This document shows positions 24,914 through 33,984 of a stretch of DNA of 36,858 bases, in pieces (positions within the stretch are counted from its first letter, which is position 1; the number at the start of each line of letters is the position of its first letter). The position numbers and the translations under genes were made by a program. Origin of the DNA: a virus (Duplodnaviria > Caudoviricetes); the IMG/VR virus record IMGVR_UViG_3300036982_000553, positions 1 to 36,858 of that record, one strand, 5' to 3'. The notes below the pieces were generated by a model. It did no database searches, had not been told where the DNA came from, and worked only from the letters and a program-made list of their open reading frames with translations.

Positions 24914-25155
24914 GCTATCCTCCTCGCTCCATGCGGGCCCGATGGGAGCCGGTCGAAGTGCGCCCACCTCTGGACTCTGTGGTCCCGCGCCTCTCGCTCA
25001 GTCATCGCTGAGCGCTCTCCGTGCTGCATCTTGTAACAGTCAGAGTGCCAAATGTCCTGCCCGTCGTCCACGACCTGCGCAGACTCGCGGTGCTCGATGG
25101 GATGCCGGCACCCTGGACAGGCGGCCTTCGCGCCATCCTCAACCGTGCGCGTCAT
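24910..25155 (-). CDS. Small LIM-like zinc-finger protein
   Basis: CPGC-x20-HSDC; ATGA overlap with the upstream stop. Confidence 0.55.
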   Translation of the reverse strand: MTRTVEDGAKAACPGCRHPIEHRESAQVVDDGQDIWHSDCYKMQHGERSAMTEREARDHRVQRWAHFDRLPSGPHGARRIA

Positions 25156-26309
25156 AGGAGTTCCACCTTCTTGTCCACGCCGTTGATGCGACAGATGAGG
25201 TACACCTTCGAGTCGTCCGTGTCTCTCCAGAGCATCGTCTGGCCCTCGGCGGTCAGGGTGGGCTGTGTCGCTTGCTCGATGTAGGCGTTCACACTTGCCC
25301 CACGAACGATGCGTGGGGCTAATGAGCCCGTCCCGCCCCACGTCGCCTCCACATGAGATGGTTCCGTGGTGATGGTTCCGAACGACCAAGGGACATTTGC
25401 GACATCGGTAACACAACGATTGCGTTCTGCCACCGTACCCAATAAATCTCCGGTCATGTAAAATCCGATGCCATAGACACCTCCAAAATTGTTGTCGGAG
25501 ATGGTGAACTTGCCAGGGCTAGACAGAGCGCACACGTAGGACACGTTGTAACCGTAATTTCGCAGAAATGTCGAACCATTGCAGGAGGTCGCGCTGAGGG
25601 GATAAACGACCGCCTCGAAGTAACTTTTTTCGACGTGATTAGACGGGCCGCCATTGACCTCAACGCCGACGTTGACATGCTCGATTGTGTCCTCTGACAC
25701 ATTGAACTCGTACGTGCTCATCAATTTGACGCCCGTCCCCGATGCGGTCGGATACGCCCCTCCGTAGCAATAATCAATGCTACTGTTTAGTATCCGCCAC
25801 ACTCTGACATCATTGTTTGCGTAGACTCCATGATACACATTGTGAATGTGACAGTCGCTGATGAGGCCGTAGATGCACGAAAACGGGGAACCATCTATAC
25901 GGATTCCAGAGCCGCCCCAGTTGTAGACATTCAGTTTTTCGAGTGTGACATGATTGCACGATGGAATCTTGAGAGCATTGCCAGTCTTGCTCTGCGACGC
26001 CTCTAGTGTGAGTTCTCGCAACTCCACCCCAGCCAGCAACGTGCCGCTCGGGACGATGGACAGACCATCCGAGGTGGTCGCATCAGTCCACACCAATTTC
26101 GACCTGTTGCGAACCGCCCCGCAGATCTGCGTGTCGTATGGCACGCTCAGCACGGTGCTGGGCATCGTGAAAGTACCTGCCGGAACGAACACCTGCCCAC
26201 CAGCAGTCGCGCCCTGGTCAGCGAGGGCCGCGCTGAGCGAGGAGAATCCGTAGTCCCCGATGTACCGGATTCCGTGAATCTTCGCGGGCTTCAGGTTGAT
26301 GAACGTCAA
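25152..26309 (-). CDS. Right-handed beta-helix protein (pectate lyase-like / tailspike-like)
   Basis: AALAD...GGQVFVPAGTF cap, then repeated I..N/C.I strands with G-I/V turns. Confidence 0.8.
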   Translation of the reverse strand: MTFINLKPAKIHGIRYIGDYGFSSLSAALADQGATAGGQVFVPAGTFTMPSTVLSVPYDTQICGAVRNRSKLVWTDATTSDGLSIVPSGTLLAGVELRELTLEASQSKTGNALKIPSCNHVTLEKLNVYNWGGSGIRIDGSPFSCIYGLISDCHIHNVYHGVYANNDVRVWRILNSSIDYCYGGAYPTASGTGVKLMSTYEFNVSEDTIEHVNVGVEVNGGPSNHVEKSYFEAVVYPLSATSCNGSTFLRNYGYNVSYVCALSSPGKFTISDNNFGGVYGIGFYMTGDLLGTVAERNRCVTDVANVPWSFGTITTEPSHVEATWGGTGSLAPRIVRGASVNAYIEQATQPTLTAEGQTMLWRDTDDSKVYLICRINGVDKKVELL

Positions 26310-27904
26310 TCTATCACCACCACCGGCTGAGGAGAATTGGAAGGTGGATACTTGGCGGCCAGCTCACCGAGCGTTAAAACATCGAGCCCCAAGCTCTTGA
26401 TATATGCACAGAAGGCGTCAAATTCTGAGAGAGTCCAGTCGCCTGTCCCGATGCTATGCCACAACAGTATGAGTACCTGCTTATTCGTAGATGCCGCCAG
26501 GACCTTCGCCTCTGCGGTAGCACGAGTTACCACGCCAGCCTCATAGCATTGCATGGCGTGAACGTTCGTCGGCGGCCAGTAGAAGTGATTGTATTGTGTT
26601 CCGCACGCTCCGAGTCTCCCGAAGTGGAAGTACGGCGCGAAGGCGTCCATGATGGCTTTGTTGTTGACACCTCCCGGAGTCACTTGGACTCGTGTCTTTG
26701 GGAGCAACCCATAGTGCGCTAGCCATCGCAGGTTGACGATGAACTCGGTCAACGCATTGGCGACCGATTGCCCCGTCCATGTCGGATGTGTCATGCTGTG
26801 GGCCATCATCTCCCAACCACCGTTACGCACAAGGTTCTGCATCTCGTCGGATTCTGTTGGATATAATCCGGGAACCCAACCGCACATCGCGTGCCATCCA
26901 TACTTGTCGAGTACAGGCTTCGCTGTGCTAGTCCAGCCCGAATCATGGTCGTCGAACGTGAATATCACTACGCCGCATGGATTCTGTTGTACGAAGACAG
27001 ATGTTTCGTCAAAGGTGACACTATGTGCCGTTCCAGACGGTGCGTAAATCCCTATGCCAATCGAAGTGACCGCTGTGTCATTGAAGTTCGCGGTCCCTCC
27101 ACAATCGCTCCAGTTGAGGTCATAGGTCACCCACGCTCCAGTTTCGGCAGGCTCATCCATCAGGCGCGTATTAGGGTTCAGCCATACTCGGGTGTACTCG
27201 GTATTGCCAGTGTTGTAGAACACAAGGAATACGGCTCCACCATTAGCGATTGCCAATGTGTGAGTATGCCAGTAGACGCGCAGGCGGTAATGAAATAATG
27301 CGTGGTCTCGAAGGTTCAATGTGTACCCCAATGCCTTGGCGAAGAAGGTGGAACTCCCATCGGTCAGCGTGGTCACTCGCACACTTTTCTGACCAGCAAT
27401 GAACTTCGATGTGTCGTCCGCGATGGTGGCGGTCCCAGTCCCAACCTTGACCCATGATGCATATCCTTCATCGAACACGGACAGGACGGAAAGGGGGTGG
27501 TATGCAGGCCCGCTCGAAAGTATGAGAGATGCGTCATACAGTTTTCCCCCCTCATACCTGTTCGTGGTCGGTCCCGGCCCCATGCCATCGGTCATGTCAA
27601 TGATCACGCCGTTGCCGCTCGTGAGACCTGCGAGCGCCGCCGCGTACACGGTCGCATAGGTCGCGCTCGAGGTCAGGAGCGCGCCTGTACGACTGTTGAA
27701 CGCCTTGAAAGTCGAGCCATCAAGAAGCACGACGTAGTCAGCGGGAACACCAAGGCCCTTGGCGAAGATCGCGCCGTCAGCAGTTACCCGGAACACGTCC
27801 TCGCCGGTGGAGGTCTCAAGAACGAGGCCGTCAGCTACTTGCCCTGGAGCCATGACAATGCGCTGAGCAACCGCATTGGGGTTCTGGTTGGCCGCCACAC
27901 CCAT
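26306..27904 (-). CDS. Polysaccharide deacetylase (CE4/NodB) domain protein with upstream carbohydrate-binding-like domain
   Basis: VIFTFDD, WEMMAHSMTH, TPGG and LILLWH motifs; central beta-sandwich; GAGGTG RBS before ATG 27904. Confidence 0.85.
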   Translation of the reverse strand: MGVAANQNPNAVAQRIVMAPGQVADGLVLETSTGEDVFRVTADGAIFAKGLGVPADYVVLLDGSTFKAFNSRTGALLTSSATYATVYAAALAGLTSGNGVIIDMTDGMGPGPTTNRYEGGKLYDASLILSSGPAYHPLSVLSVFDEGYASWVKVGTGTATIADDTSKFIAGQKSVRVTTLTDGSSTFFAKALGYTLNLRDHALFHYRLRVYWHTHTLAIANGGAVFLVFYNTGNTEYTRVWLNPNTRLMDEPAETGAWVTYDLNWSDCGGTANFNDTAVTSIGIGIYAPSGTAHSVTFDETSVFVQQNPCGVVIFTFDDHDSGWTSTAKPVLDKYGWHAMCGWVPGLYPTESDEMQNLVRNGGWEMMAHSMTHPTWTGQSVANALTEFIVNLRWLAHYGLLPKTRVQVTPGGVNNKAIMDAFAPYFHFGRLGACGTQYNHFYWPPTNVHAMQCYEAGVVTRATAEAKVLAASTNKQVLILLWHSIGTGDWTLSEFDAFCAYIKSLGLDVLTLGELAAKYPPSNSPQPVVVID

Positions 27905-27914
27905 CGGTGGCACC

Positions 27915-28331
27915 TCACTCGAGGTATATCCAGATCTCGCCAATCTTCGTGTCGCCTGCACCGCTGATGGTGAGCACGGGCTTCGCCTCATTCACGAGGG
28001 GGTGATCAGCATAGGTGTTCGCGCCGACCGTGACCTCCTGCATGATGAGTGTTGACTCGGTGAGTGCGGTGTCTCGGTTGACACCTCTGCCAGCCAGCAG
28101 GTCGTGACCATCCATCGACGAAACGAGAGTGATGTCGTAGTCGTCCGTCGGAGCGGTTGCGCTCGGCTTGGTCACGAGCATGATCAGCCTGCCGGACAGG
28201 TAGGGACACTCATCAAGAGCCGCCGTGAACGTCCCATCGGTGGCCGACTGCCACTTCAGGTAGTAGCACGCGACGCCTCCAGGGGCTTCCCTGTGCTCCA
28301 TCCATTGCTGTGCAAGTACTGCTTGAGCCAT
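27915..28331 (-). CDS. Putative minor capsid / spike-base protein
   Basis: All-beta 138-aa protein with APTDDYDITL...DLLAGRG; GGAGG RBS; follows the capsid genes. Confidence 0.55.
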   Translation of the reverse strand: MAQAVLAQQWMEHREAPGGVACYYLKWQSATDGTFTAALDECPYLSGRLIMLVTKPSATAPTDDYDITLVSSMDGHDLLAGRGVNRDTALTESTLIMQEVTVGANTYADHPLVNEAKPVLTISGAGDTKIGEIWIYLE

Positions 28332-28354
28332 AGTTGTTGACCTCCGTTGTTATG

Positions 28355-28400
28355 GGGTTTACTCCCCTCAAAAAGTAGGGGAGGGTAAGAGTAAAAGAGT
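28355..28400 (-). terminator. Putative terminator/attenuator after the capsid genes
   Basis: Minus-strand pyrimidine tracts CTCTTTTACTCTT and CTTTTT plus inverted repeat CTCCCCT/AGGGGAG (28362-28368 and 28377-28383). Confidence 0.55.
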
Positions 28401-28406
28401 TTATCC

Positions 28407-28700
28407 TCAGCTGTTGCCAACGAGCCGGAGTCCCACTATGCCGACATCGACTGCCGCCGTCACCTGCGTATCGGCGGCGGTGTAGGCCATGACCTTCTTG
28501 TTGGTCACGTCGATCTTGAACATATACCCGTTCTCCTTCGAGTAAGGGATGACCTCGTCGAAGTTGATCGAGTCCAGACCGAAGCTGGCCGGCGTCAGCG
28601 TCTCCCCGCCTGTCGTGTAGCTCGTGATGTCCATCTGTGCGTACACGACATGGGCATCGCTCTCGATGGTTGTCCTCTTGACGGTGACGGCGTTGGTCAT
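28407..28700 (-). CDS. Probable capsid decoration / cement protein
   Basis: 97 aa directly after the major capsid gene; SYTTGGETL motif; GGTGGTGG RBS. Confidence 0.6.
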   Translation of the reverse strand: MTNAVTVKRTTIESDAHVVYAQMDITSYTTGGETLTPASFGLDSINFDEVIPYSKENGYMFKIDVTNKKVMAYTAADTQVTAAVDVGIVGLRLVGNS

Positions 28701-28715
28701 GTCAGACCACCACCA

Positions 28716-29855
28716 TCACGCGATGTCCCTGATCTTCCCCTGAGAACAGAACTTCGTGCAGACGAGTTCCCCAGAGGTGACAACGATGTTGTCGATTCCG
28801 AGGAAGTCGTTCGCGATTCTGTTGTCAGATGTGAAGATGGTGGTCGGCTGTGACAGCCAGAAGGCGATGTTGTCGAGGTCCAGCAGGAGTATTCTGCTCT
28901 TTTCGTCCGCCTCCTTAGGCATGTAGGACGTCGGGACCTTGAAGATCGGAATGCCGTCGTATGACCTTGCGGTCACACCCGCATCCGCGCCCTTCGCGCC
29001 TTCGACACCGTTCTCCATCGAGACCTTGCCCTCCCACTCGCCGAGTCTCTGCGAGGGGCTGAGCAGACCGTTGAACACCCGGTAGGCATCTCCGCCCATG
29101 ACGAACGCCTGCCGCGCCGGGTCAGCACCGTAGTCCTGCGTGTACTGAATCAGCGTGTTGACCTTCGTCAAGGTCAGCGCCTGCGGCGTGCTGTCGTACT
29201 CGAGCACCTGCGAGTCGTAGATGGTGCTGGCCGCTGTGTCTCTGTTGATGGCAGAGATGGCTTCGGTGTACGGGTCTGCGTCGCCTGCGGTGTACCCGCA
29301 ACCCGAGATCTCGGCGTAGGACGAGATCAGCCGGTCGAGAGACTCGAAGTTGTTGCCTGCCAGGGTGTTCATGTCCTGGAGCAGGTGCCCTTCGATCTTC
29401 TTCGGGTGCACCGTGCGGAAGTACTCCGCGAGGTCCGCCGAACCTACCGCGTCTGGGCGGTACTTCTTCTTGCGCTCGGCCTTGTCGGTCATCTGCCATC
29501 TCGACTCGACCTCCTTCTCAGGGATGGTGAACGGCGCGAACGTCGGTACATCGGAGTCGACATTCACCCCACCTTCAGCTATCCCTGCGGTCGTGGCTTC
29601 GTCCACCGTCAGGATGTTGACCTTCTCGCCCGTCATCTCCTTCTTGCCTATGAGTGGGAACATATAGGTCTTGTAGACGAGCTGATAGAAGATCCCTGCG
29701 GTGCAGACGGCTGTCCCCATGCCCGTGTCGGATGACAGCGCGGGGTCGTCTGCCTTGCGAAGCACATCGTCGAGGTGCATCACGTCGCCGAAGGCCTTGC
29801 CGTAGATGTCTTCGTAGTAGCCGTTGACGAAATCGACTACGCTTGAGTAGGCCAT
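28716..29855 (-). CDS. Major capsid protein (HK97 fold)
   Basis: GIAEGG, NNFESLDRL, RSYDGIPIF, RILLLD and TSGELVC...QGKIRDI motifs; follows the protease; GAGGTGA RBS before ATG 29855; strongly biased codons. Confidence 0.88.
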   Translation of the reverse strand: MAYSSVVDFVNGYYEDIYGKAFGDVMHLDDVLRKADDPALSSDTGMGTAVCTAGIFYQLVYKTYMFPLIGKKEMTGEKVNILTVDEATTAGIAEGGVNVDSDVPTFAPFTIPEKEVESRWQMTDKAERKKKYRPDAVGSADLAEYFRTVHPKKIEGHLLQDMNTLAGNNFESLDRLISSYAEISGCGYTAGDADPYTEAISAINRDTAASTIYDSQVLEYDSTPQALTLTKVNTLIQYTQDYGADPARQAFVMGGDAYRVFNGLLSPSQRLGEWEGKVSMENGVEGAKGADAGVTARSYDGIPIFKVPTSYMPKEADEKSRILLLDLDNIAFWLSQPTTIFTSDNRIANDFLGIDNIVVTSGELVCTKFCSQGKIRDIA

Positions 29856-29860
29856 TGTGT

Positions 29861-31207
29861 TCACCTCTTCCTGTTCTTCACCAGCGGCGAACCAGGTCTG
29901 TTCAGGCCCCCAGCCTTCGAGACCTGCTCGCCGATCTGCTCCCACGCTGGCCTTCCGGCGTTGCCGCCCTCAGGCTTGAATTGGGAGCCACCTGCCCCCT
30001 GCGCCTTCGATTTCTTGGGCGCGGGTGCGGGGTTTGCGTTCATCCCGGCATCGGGCAATGCCTTCGCCTTCTCCTCCTCAGTCGTCGGTGGAGTCGCGGG
30101 CGGCGTCGCCTGCTTCCCCTCCTCTTCCTGAGGCGGCTTCGGTGGGGCTTCGCCCTGTGCCTTCGCCTGCTCGAGTGCATCTATCCGTGCCGACACGGTC
30201 GACAACGCCTCGCTCACGCTCTTGACCTGCTCGGCCAACTTGCCGATCGACTCCAGGACTGCGGTCCCTTCGTCCTGCTCGGCGGCGGGCGGCGTCGCAC
30301 CTGTTTCGCCCTCCTGCTTAGACGAGGTTGGGGGTGCTATATTCTCGTCCTTGGGCTTGTCGGCACCTTCCGATGCCTTTTCCTTCTTGTCGTCCTTGGT
30401 CGTATCGTTTCCCCCTTGGGTGTCCAAGTCTCCCACCTCCAACTCGAAAGCGGTTGACTTCAGGACTGTGAACTTGGCACCTTGGTTCATGCCTTCCCGA
30501 CAGACGGCTACCGCCGAGAGATCGAGCTTGTCGATGTTATTCCAGCACCCTTTCGCATCACACACGACCTGCTCCTCGAGGCTCTCTCCTGAGATGCTGA
30601 ATGAGTTGTACTCGCCATCGAGTATCCGCCGGCGAACCTCGCGGCACATGCGTGAGTCCTTCCAGACATCTCCGAGTAGCTTCAGGCCCTTGTCCGTGAC
30701 CTTGGTCTCGTAGGTCTCGCCATCGATGGTTGCCGAGTCGATGATGTCCCCGACGAGCTGATCAGAATGCTCAAGTGACAACCTTGCGCGCCTGAGTAGC
30801 TGAGGCAGTCCGTGTTCGAGAGCCTTCGCCGTGATCTTGTCCCCCTCACGGTCAACCAGGACGACAGACGCATCCCCGAAGATATAGAAGTGGTCGGAGT
30901 CAAGGTCGCCCATCACCTTCATGATCGGCGCGCCTACCTTCCACATCATGCGCTTCTCTGAGGGTGGCCACATCGACTTGCGCTTGCCCACATCAGGGTG
31001 AGATGTAAGCCAGGTCTGGGCCGACTCGACCGTGAAGTTTGCCTTGTCGAAGCGTATGGCGGTAACCTCCCATTCGCCCGTCGCCTTGCTCCTGCCAATC
31101 AGGAACGACACCCCGCCTCCGACGTCCTTGTTTCTGAAGTCGTCGTACTCTCGTGGGTCCTTCACACGACAGCGAATCTCGTTCGGAGTCTCCTCACAAC
31201 CTGGCAT
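29861..31207 (-). CDS. Prohead protease (XkdF/HK97-like) fused to C-terminal scaffold
   Basis: ASVVLVDREGD, LEHS, SFSISG and SAVAVC..GMNQGAKF protease motifs; acidic Pro/Ala-rich coiled-coil tail; extra N-terminal domain (IRCRVKDP...AIRFDK). Confidence 0.85.
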   Translation of the reverse strand: MPGCEETPNEIRCRVKDPREYDDFRNKDVGGGVSFLIGRSKATGEWEVTAIRFDKANFTVESAQTWLTSHPDVGKRKSMWPPSEKRMMWKVGAPIMKVMGDLDSDHFYIFGDASVVLVDREGDKITAKALEHGLPQLLRRARLSLEHSDQLVGDIIDSATIDGETYETKVTDKGLKLLGDVWKDSRMCREVRRRILDGEYNSFSISGESLEEQVVCDAKGCWNNIDKLDLSAVAVCREGMNQGAKFTVLKSTAFELEVGDLDTQGGNDTTKDDKKEKASEGADKPKDENIAPPTSSKQEGETGATPPAAEQDEGTAVLESIGKLAEQVKSVSEALSTVSARIDALEQAKAQGEAPPKPPQEEEGKQATPPATPPTTEEEKAKALPDAGMNANPAPAPKKSKAQGAGGSQFKPEGGNAGRPAWEQIGEQVSKAGGLNRPGSPLVKNRKR

Positions 31208-31208
31208 C

Positions 31209-31661
31209 TTAGTCCCTCGCCTTTGCTATGTGTCTCTCGATCACGGGTTTGCAGATGGCCGGTGCCTTGCTCTGCACGACGAGCCACGACCTGCGGATGT
31301 ATCCGACCGGCCGGTTGCCTGGGTGGTGCACTTCCTTGGCGAAGTGTTCCCCGCTCCCGTCGCTCCAATGTAGGAACTTCTTCTTGCGGGGCTTGATGAT
31401 GTGCGGGCGTGACCCGTACTCTTGCGGGGCGGCATACGGTGCGGCGTACCCGAGCACGAAGTTCTTGCCCTCCTTTCGCCGGTAGCCGGACTTCTTGAGT
31501 GTGCCCTTCCTGACCGGCACATAGCCCCTCTGCTGTGACAGAGAGAAGGTTGCCTCTCCGAGCTCGGCAAGGCAATCGTTGATGATCATGGGGACATCCG
31601 CCTCGAGGCCTCTCAGGAGCTTGTCGATCTTGACATCATCGAATGAAACCTCAAGGCTCAT
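31209..31661 (-). CDS. HK97 gp10-like (Ne1) protein
   Basis: VPVRKGTLKKS, YAAPQEYGSRPH and VHHPG..P..YIR motifs; GGAGGG RBS before ATG 31661. Confidence 0.8.
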   Translation of the reverse strand: MSLEVSFDDVKIDKLLRGLEADVPMIINDCLAELGEATFSLSQQRGYVPVRKGTLKKSGYRRKEGKNFVLGYAAPYAAPQEYGSRPHIIKPRKKKFLHWSDGSGEHFAKEVHHPGNRPVGYIRRSWLVVQSKAPAICKPVIERHIAKARD

Positions 31662-33952
31662 GTTAAGCCCTCCACATGAAGCGTCACAGTGCATCGGTCA
31701 TTCGGGTGCACCCTGAACCCGTTCGTGCGTGCCTTGAGGGTTTCGATGTCGTATGGTCCCCCCTGAGCGATTGCCATGCAATCGTCGCACGCACCATCCG
31801 AGGGAACCCAGTCATATTTCCGCTGAGCATTCGCTGGGTCCTTGAGGTATCCGTTGACTCTCCCCGTGTTGCTGATCAGAGTCATCTCAGACCGCGCGAT
31901 ACGCTCGAGCTTGTACTTCTCGGCGTCCGATGCCTCCTGCATCCGAGTGATGATTGCCTCGAGGTCGAACTGGGACGGGTCCTGATAGGCCTCGGCGATG
32001 ATTCGTGAGAACACATCTCTCTGTTGGCGCACGAAATCCGGCAGAGAGGTCTCTATCCCGGTCCAGTTCGCCATGAGCCAATCGAGAGCCTCCTGGTCCC
32101 GACCGTCGAAGGTGACAACCACTTCCTCCTTGATTGCCAGAGACTTGAGCTTTACCCCCATGTCCTTCGCGGCCTGGGCCAAGCCGCGTTTGTACGCCTC
32201 CTCAACCCATTCCCGCGCCTTGCGGCCTAGACGTTGCTCAAGGACAGACATCTCGCTCGCTATGACGCGCTGTGCCTGCTTGAGGCTCATGCCGCCCTTG
32301 ATCGATTGCTTGATGGCGGTGAGTGCCCGGCGGTAGGCATCCGAGAGATACCCATAGAAGTCGTCCTGTGTCGTCTGTACGCCCCTCACGGCTTCAGGGT
32401 TGTCAGCCGCGCCCTTGAGTGTCGTATAAACGCCCTTCGATGTGTCGAATGACAGCGCCATCGTGGGAGGCTCTAGTCGATTGCCCTCGCCCGTTACGTG
32501 CATACCGTCCTCGTCGATCACCACAGAAAAGCCTGCTTCGACATACGTCTTGGCCGCAGTCGCCCGCAATGTGTCTATCTCAGCCTGGAGCTTCTCGTCG
32601 TCCGGCTCGACCGGGACGAATCCCCAATACCAGTCCGTGATCTTGAAAAGGGGACAGAGTGCGCGGTTCATCTCCTCCGCGACCTGGTCCTGGTTGCTCT
32701 CAGTCGTGTTATTCTGTACGTGTATGCCGACCTCGTTCGCCGACCCCAACCGACCAGGCGTTTCGACTCCGACGAACTCGGGCGACACACCATAGACCGA
32801 GGTCACAATGGACCGGAGCCACTTCCTCTCCTCGATGGTCTGGGAGTCCGTCAGGCCATCGAGCATCTTCACATACTCCATTGCCTGCCCCTCAGTCATG
32901 CCGAGCCACAACTGCTCGTGGGGATTCTCGAGGCGACGCTCTCTGAACACCTCAGCGGCTCGGTTGACCTCGTCCTGGCTTGTGTTCATGAACACCAAGG
33001 CAGAGTTCGGTTCTCTCTGCATGGCGAAGGCGTCGTAGTTGTAATTGTCGATGGCCATGTGCGTGGCGATGGCAGTCACCAAGGCACGCATTGGAGAGTT
33101 CCCCAGGAGTCTTGTGCCGACCGAGTACGAGTTGCCATGTATCATCTCATGGCGTCCGAACCGGGCGGTTATCGTCCCGTCGATCACCTGCATGTAGCAG
33201 GTCTCGATAAGTGCGGCCCCACAGATGTGACGCTTGCCGTCCACCTCAAGGTACTTCCGGCACTTACCCGGGGCCTTCTCGGATGCGGTCGCGTTCCGGT
33301 GTGTGTGAATCGGGCAGAAGTACTCACCGTTGCCGAGCATCCCGTCGTCAGAAGCGCACAGCACGATGTTACGCGGGTCCTCGTGATAGAGCGAGAGTGG
33401 TATCGTCCCGGTCAAGTCGTACCCTATGGAGATGAACCAATCATCCGAGATCTGCGCATCGAGCAACGACCGCTTGATGATGTCCCCGAAGGAGGTCGAC
33501 GGATTCGGATTCTTGAGTAGCGCCTTGACGCCAGTCAACTGTGATGTGTCTGGGACTCTGAAGGTGATGTTGCCACAACGGCATCGGTCGACCTTCTTAG
33601 TGTACTCCGCGCCACACTTCAGGCACTTGACCGAGAACGCTGGGAACCAGTCCCAGAACTGCCGTAGGTTCTTCACGGTCTTGCGCGTGCATTCCCTAAT
33701 GATGGCCCAATGGACCATCCTCAGCAGATACGACCGTTCGGCCATCTCGTAGAACAGTTCGAGCGAGAAGGGGATTCCGACCATCTTCTTCTGCCGATAC
33801 TTCTCTCGCACGAGTTGTGGGAGGAGCGACCGGGGCTTTCGGAGAACACCGACGTCCTCGGTGATCTCCTTGATGGCTACGGCGGGGCGGGTAGCTAAAA
33901 CAGTCGATGGTTGAGTATTCGGGCGAGCCTTCGAGAGTTCCCCCTCAGACAG
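31658..33952 (-). CDS. Portal protein fused to MuF-like (SPP1 gp7) head morphogenesis domain
   Basis: GNSPMRAL and VYGVSPEFVG portal motifs; C-terminal ERIARSEM...CDDC...HPNDRC MuF motifs. The frame is open upstream of the track's GTG 33811; CTG 33952 is proposed as start. Confidence 0.85.
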   Translation of the reverse strand: MSEGELSKARPNTQPSTVLATRPAVAIKEITEDVGVLRKPRSLLPQLVREKYRQKKMVGIPFSLELFYEMAERSYLLRMVHWAIIRECTRKTVKNLRQFWDWFPAFSVKCLKCGAEYTKKVDRCRCGNITFRVPDTSQLTGVKALLKNPNPSTSFGDIIKRSLLDAQISDDWFISIGYDLTGTIPLSLYHEDPRNIVLCASDDGMLGNGEYFCPIHTHRNATASEKAPGKCRKYLEVDGKRHICGAALIETCYMQVIDGTITARFGRHEMIHGNSYSVGTRLLGNSPMRALVTAIATHMAIDNYNYDAFAMQREPNSALVFMNTSQDEVNRAAEVFRERRLENPHEQLWLGMTEGQAMEYVKMLDGLTDSQTIEERKWLRSIVTSVYGVSPEFVGVETPGRLGSANEVGIHVQNNTTESNQDQVAEEMNRALCPLFKITDWYWGFVPVEPDDEKLQAEIDTLRATAAKTYVEAGFSVVIDEDGMHVTGEGNRLEPPTMALSFDTSKGVYTTLKGAADNPEAVRGVQTTQDDFYGYLSDAYRRALTAIKQSIKGGMSLKQAQRVIASEMSVLEQRLGRKAREWVEEAYKRGLAQAAKDMGVKLKSLAIKEEVVVTFDGRDQEALDWLMANWTGIETSLPDFVRQQRDVFSRIIAEAYQDPSQFDLEAIITRMQEASDAEKYKLERIARSEMTLISNTGRVNGYLKDPANAQRKYDWVPSDGACDDCMAIAQGGPYDIETLKARTNGFRVHPNDRCTVTLHVEGLT

Positions 33953-33984
33953 GATACGCCCCCCATAGGGACCCCGTTCGATAA

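Noticed and set aside
32498-33520. 340-aa plus-strand ORF and the other plus-strand ORFs
   Set aside because: Antisense to motif-bearing genes such as the portal; no plus-strand ORF shows a recognisable domain or operon context.
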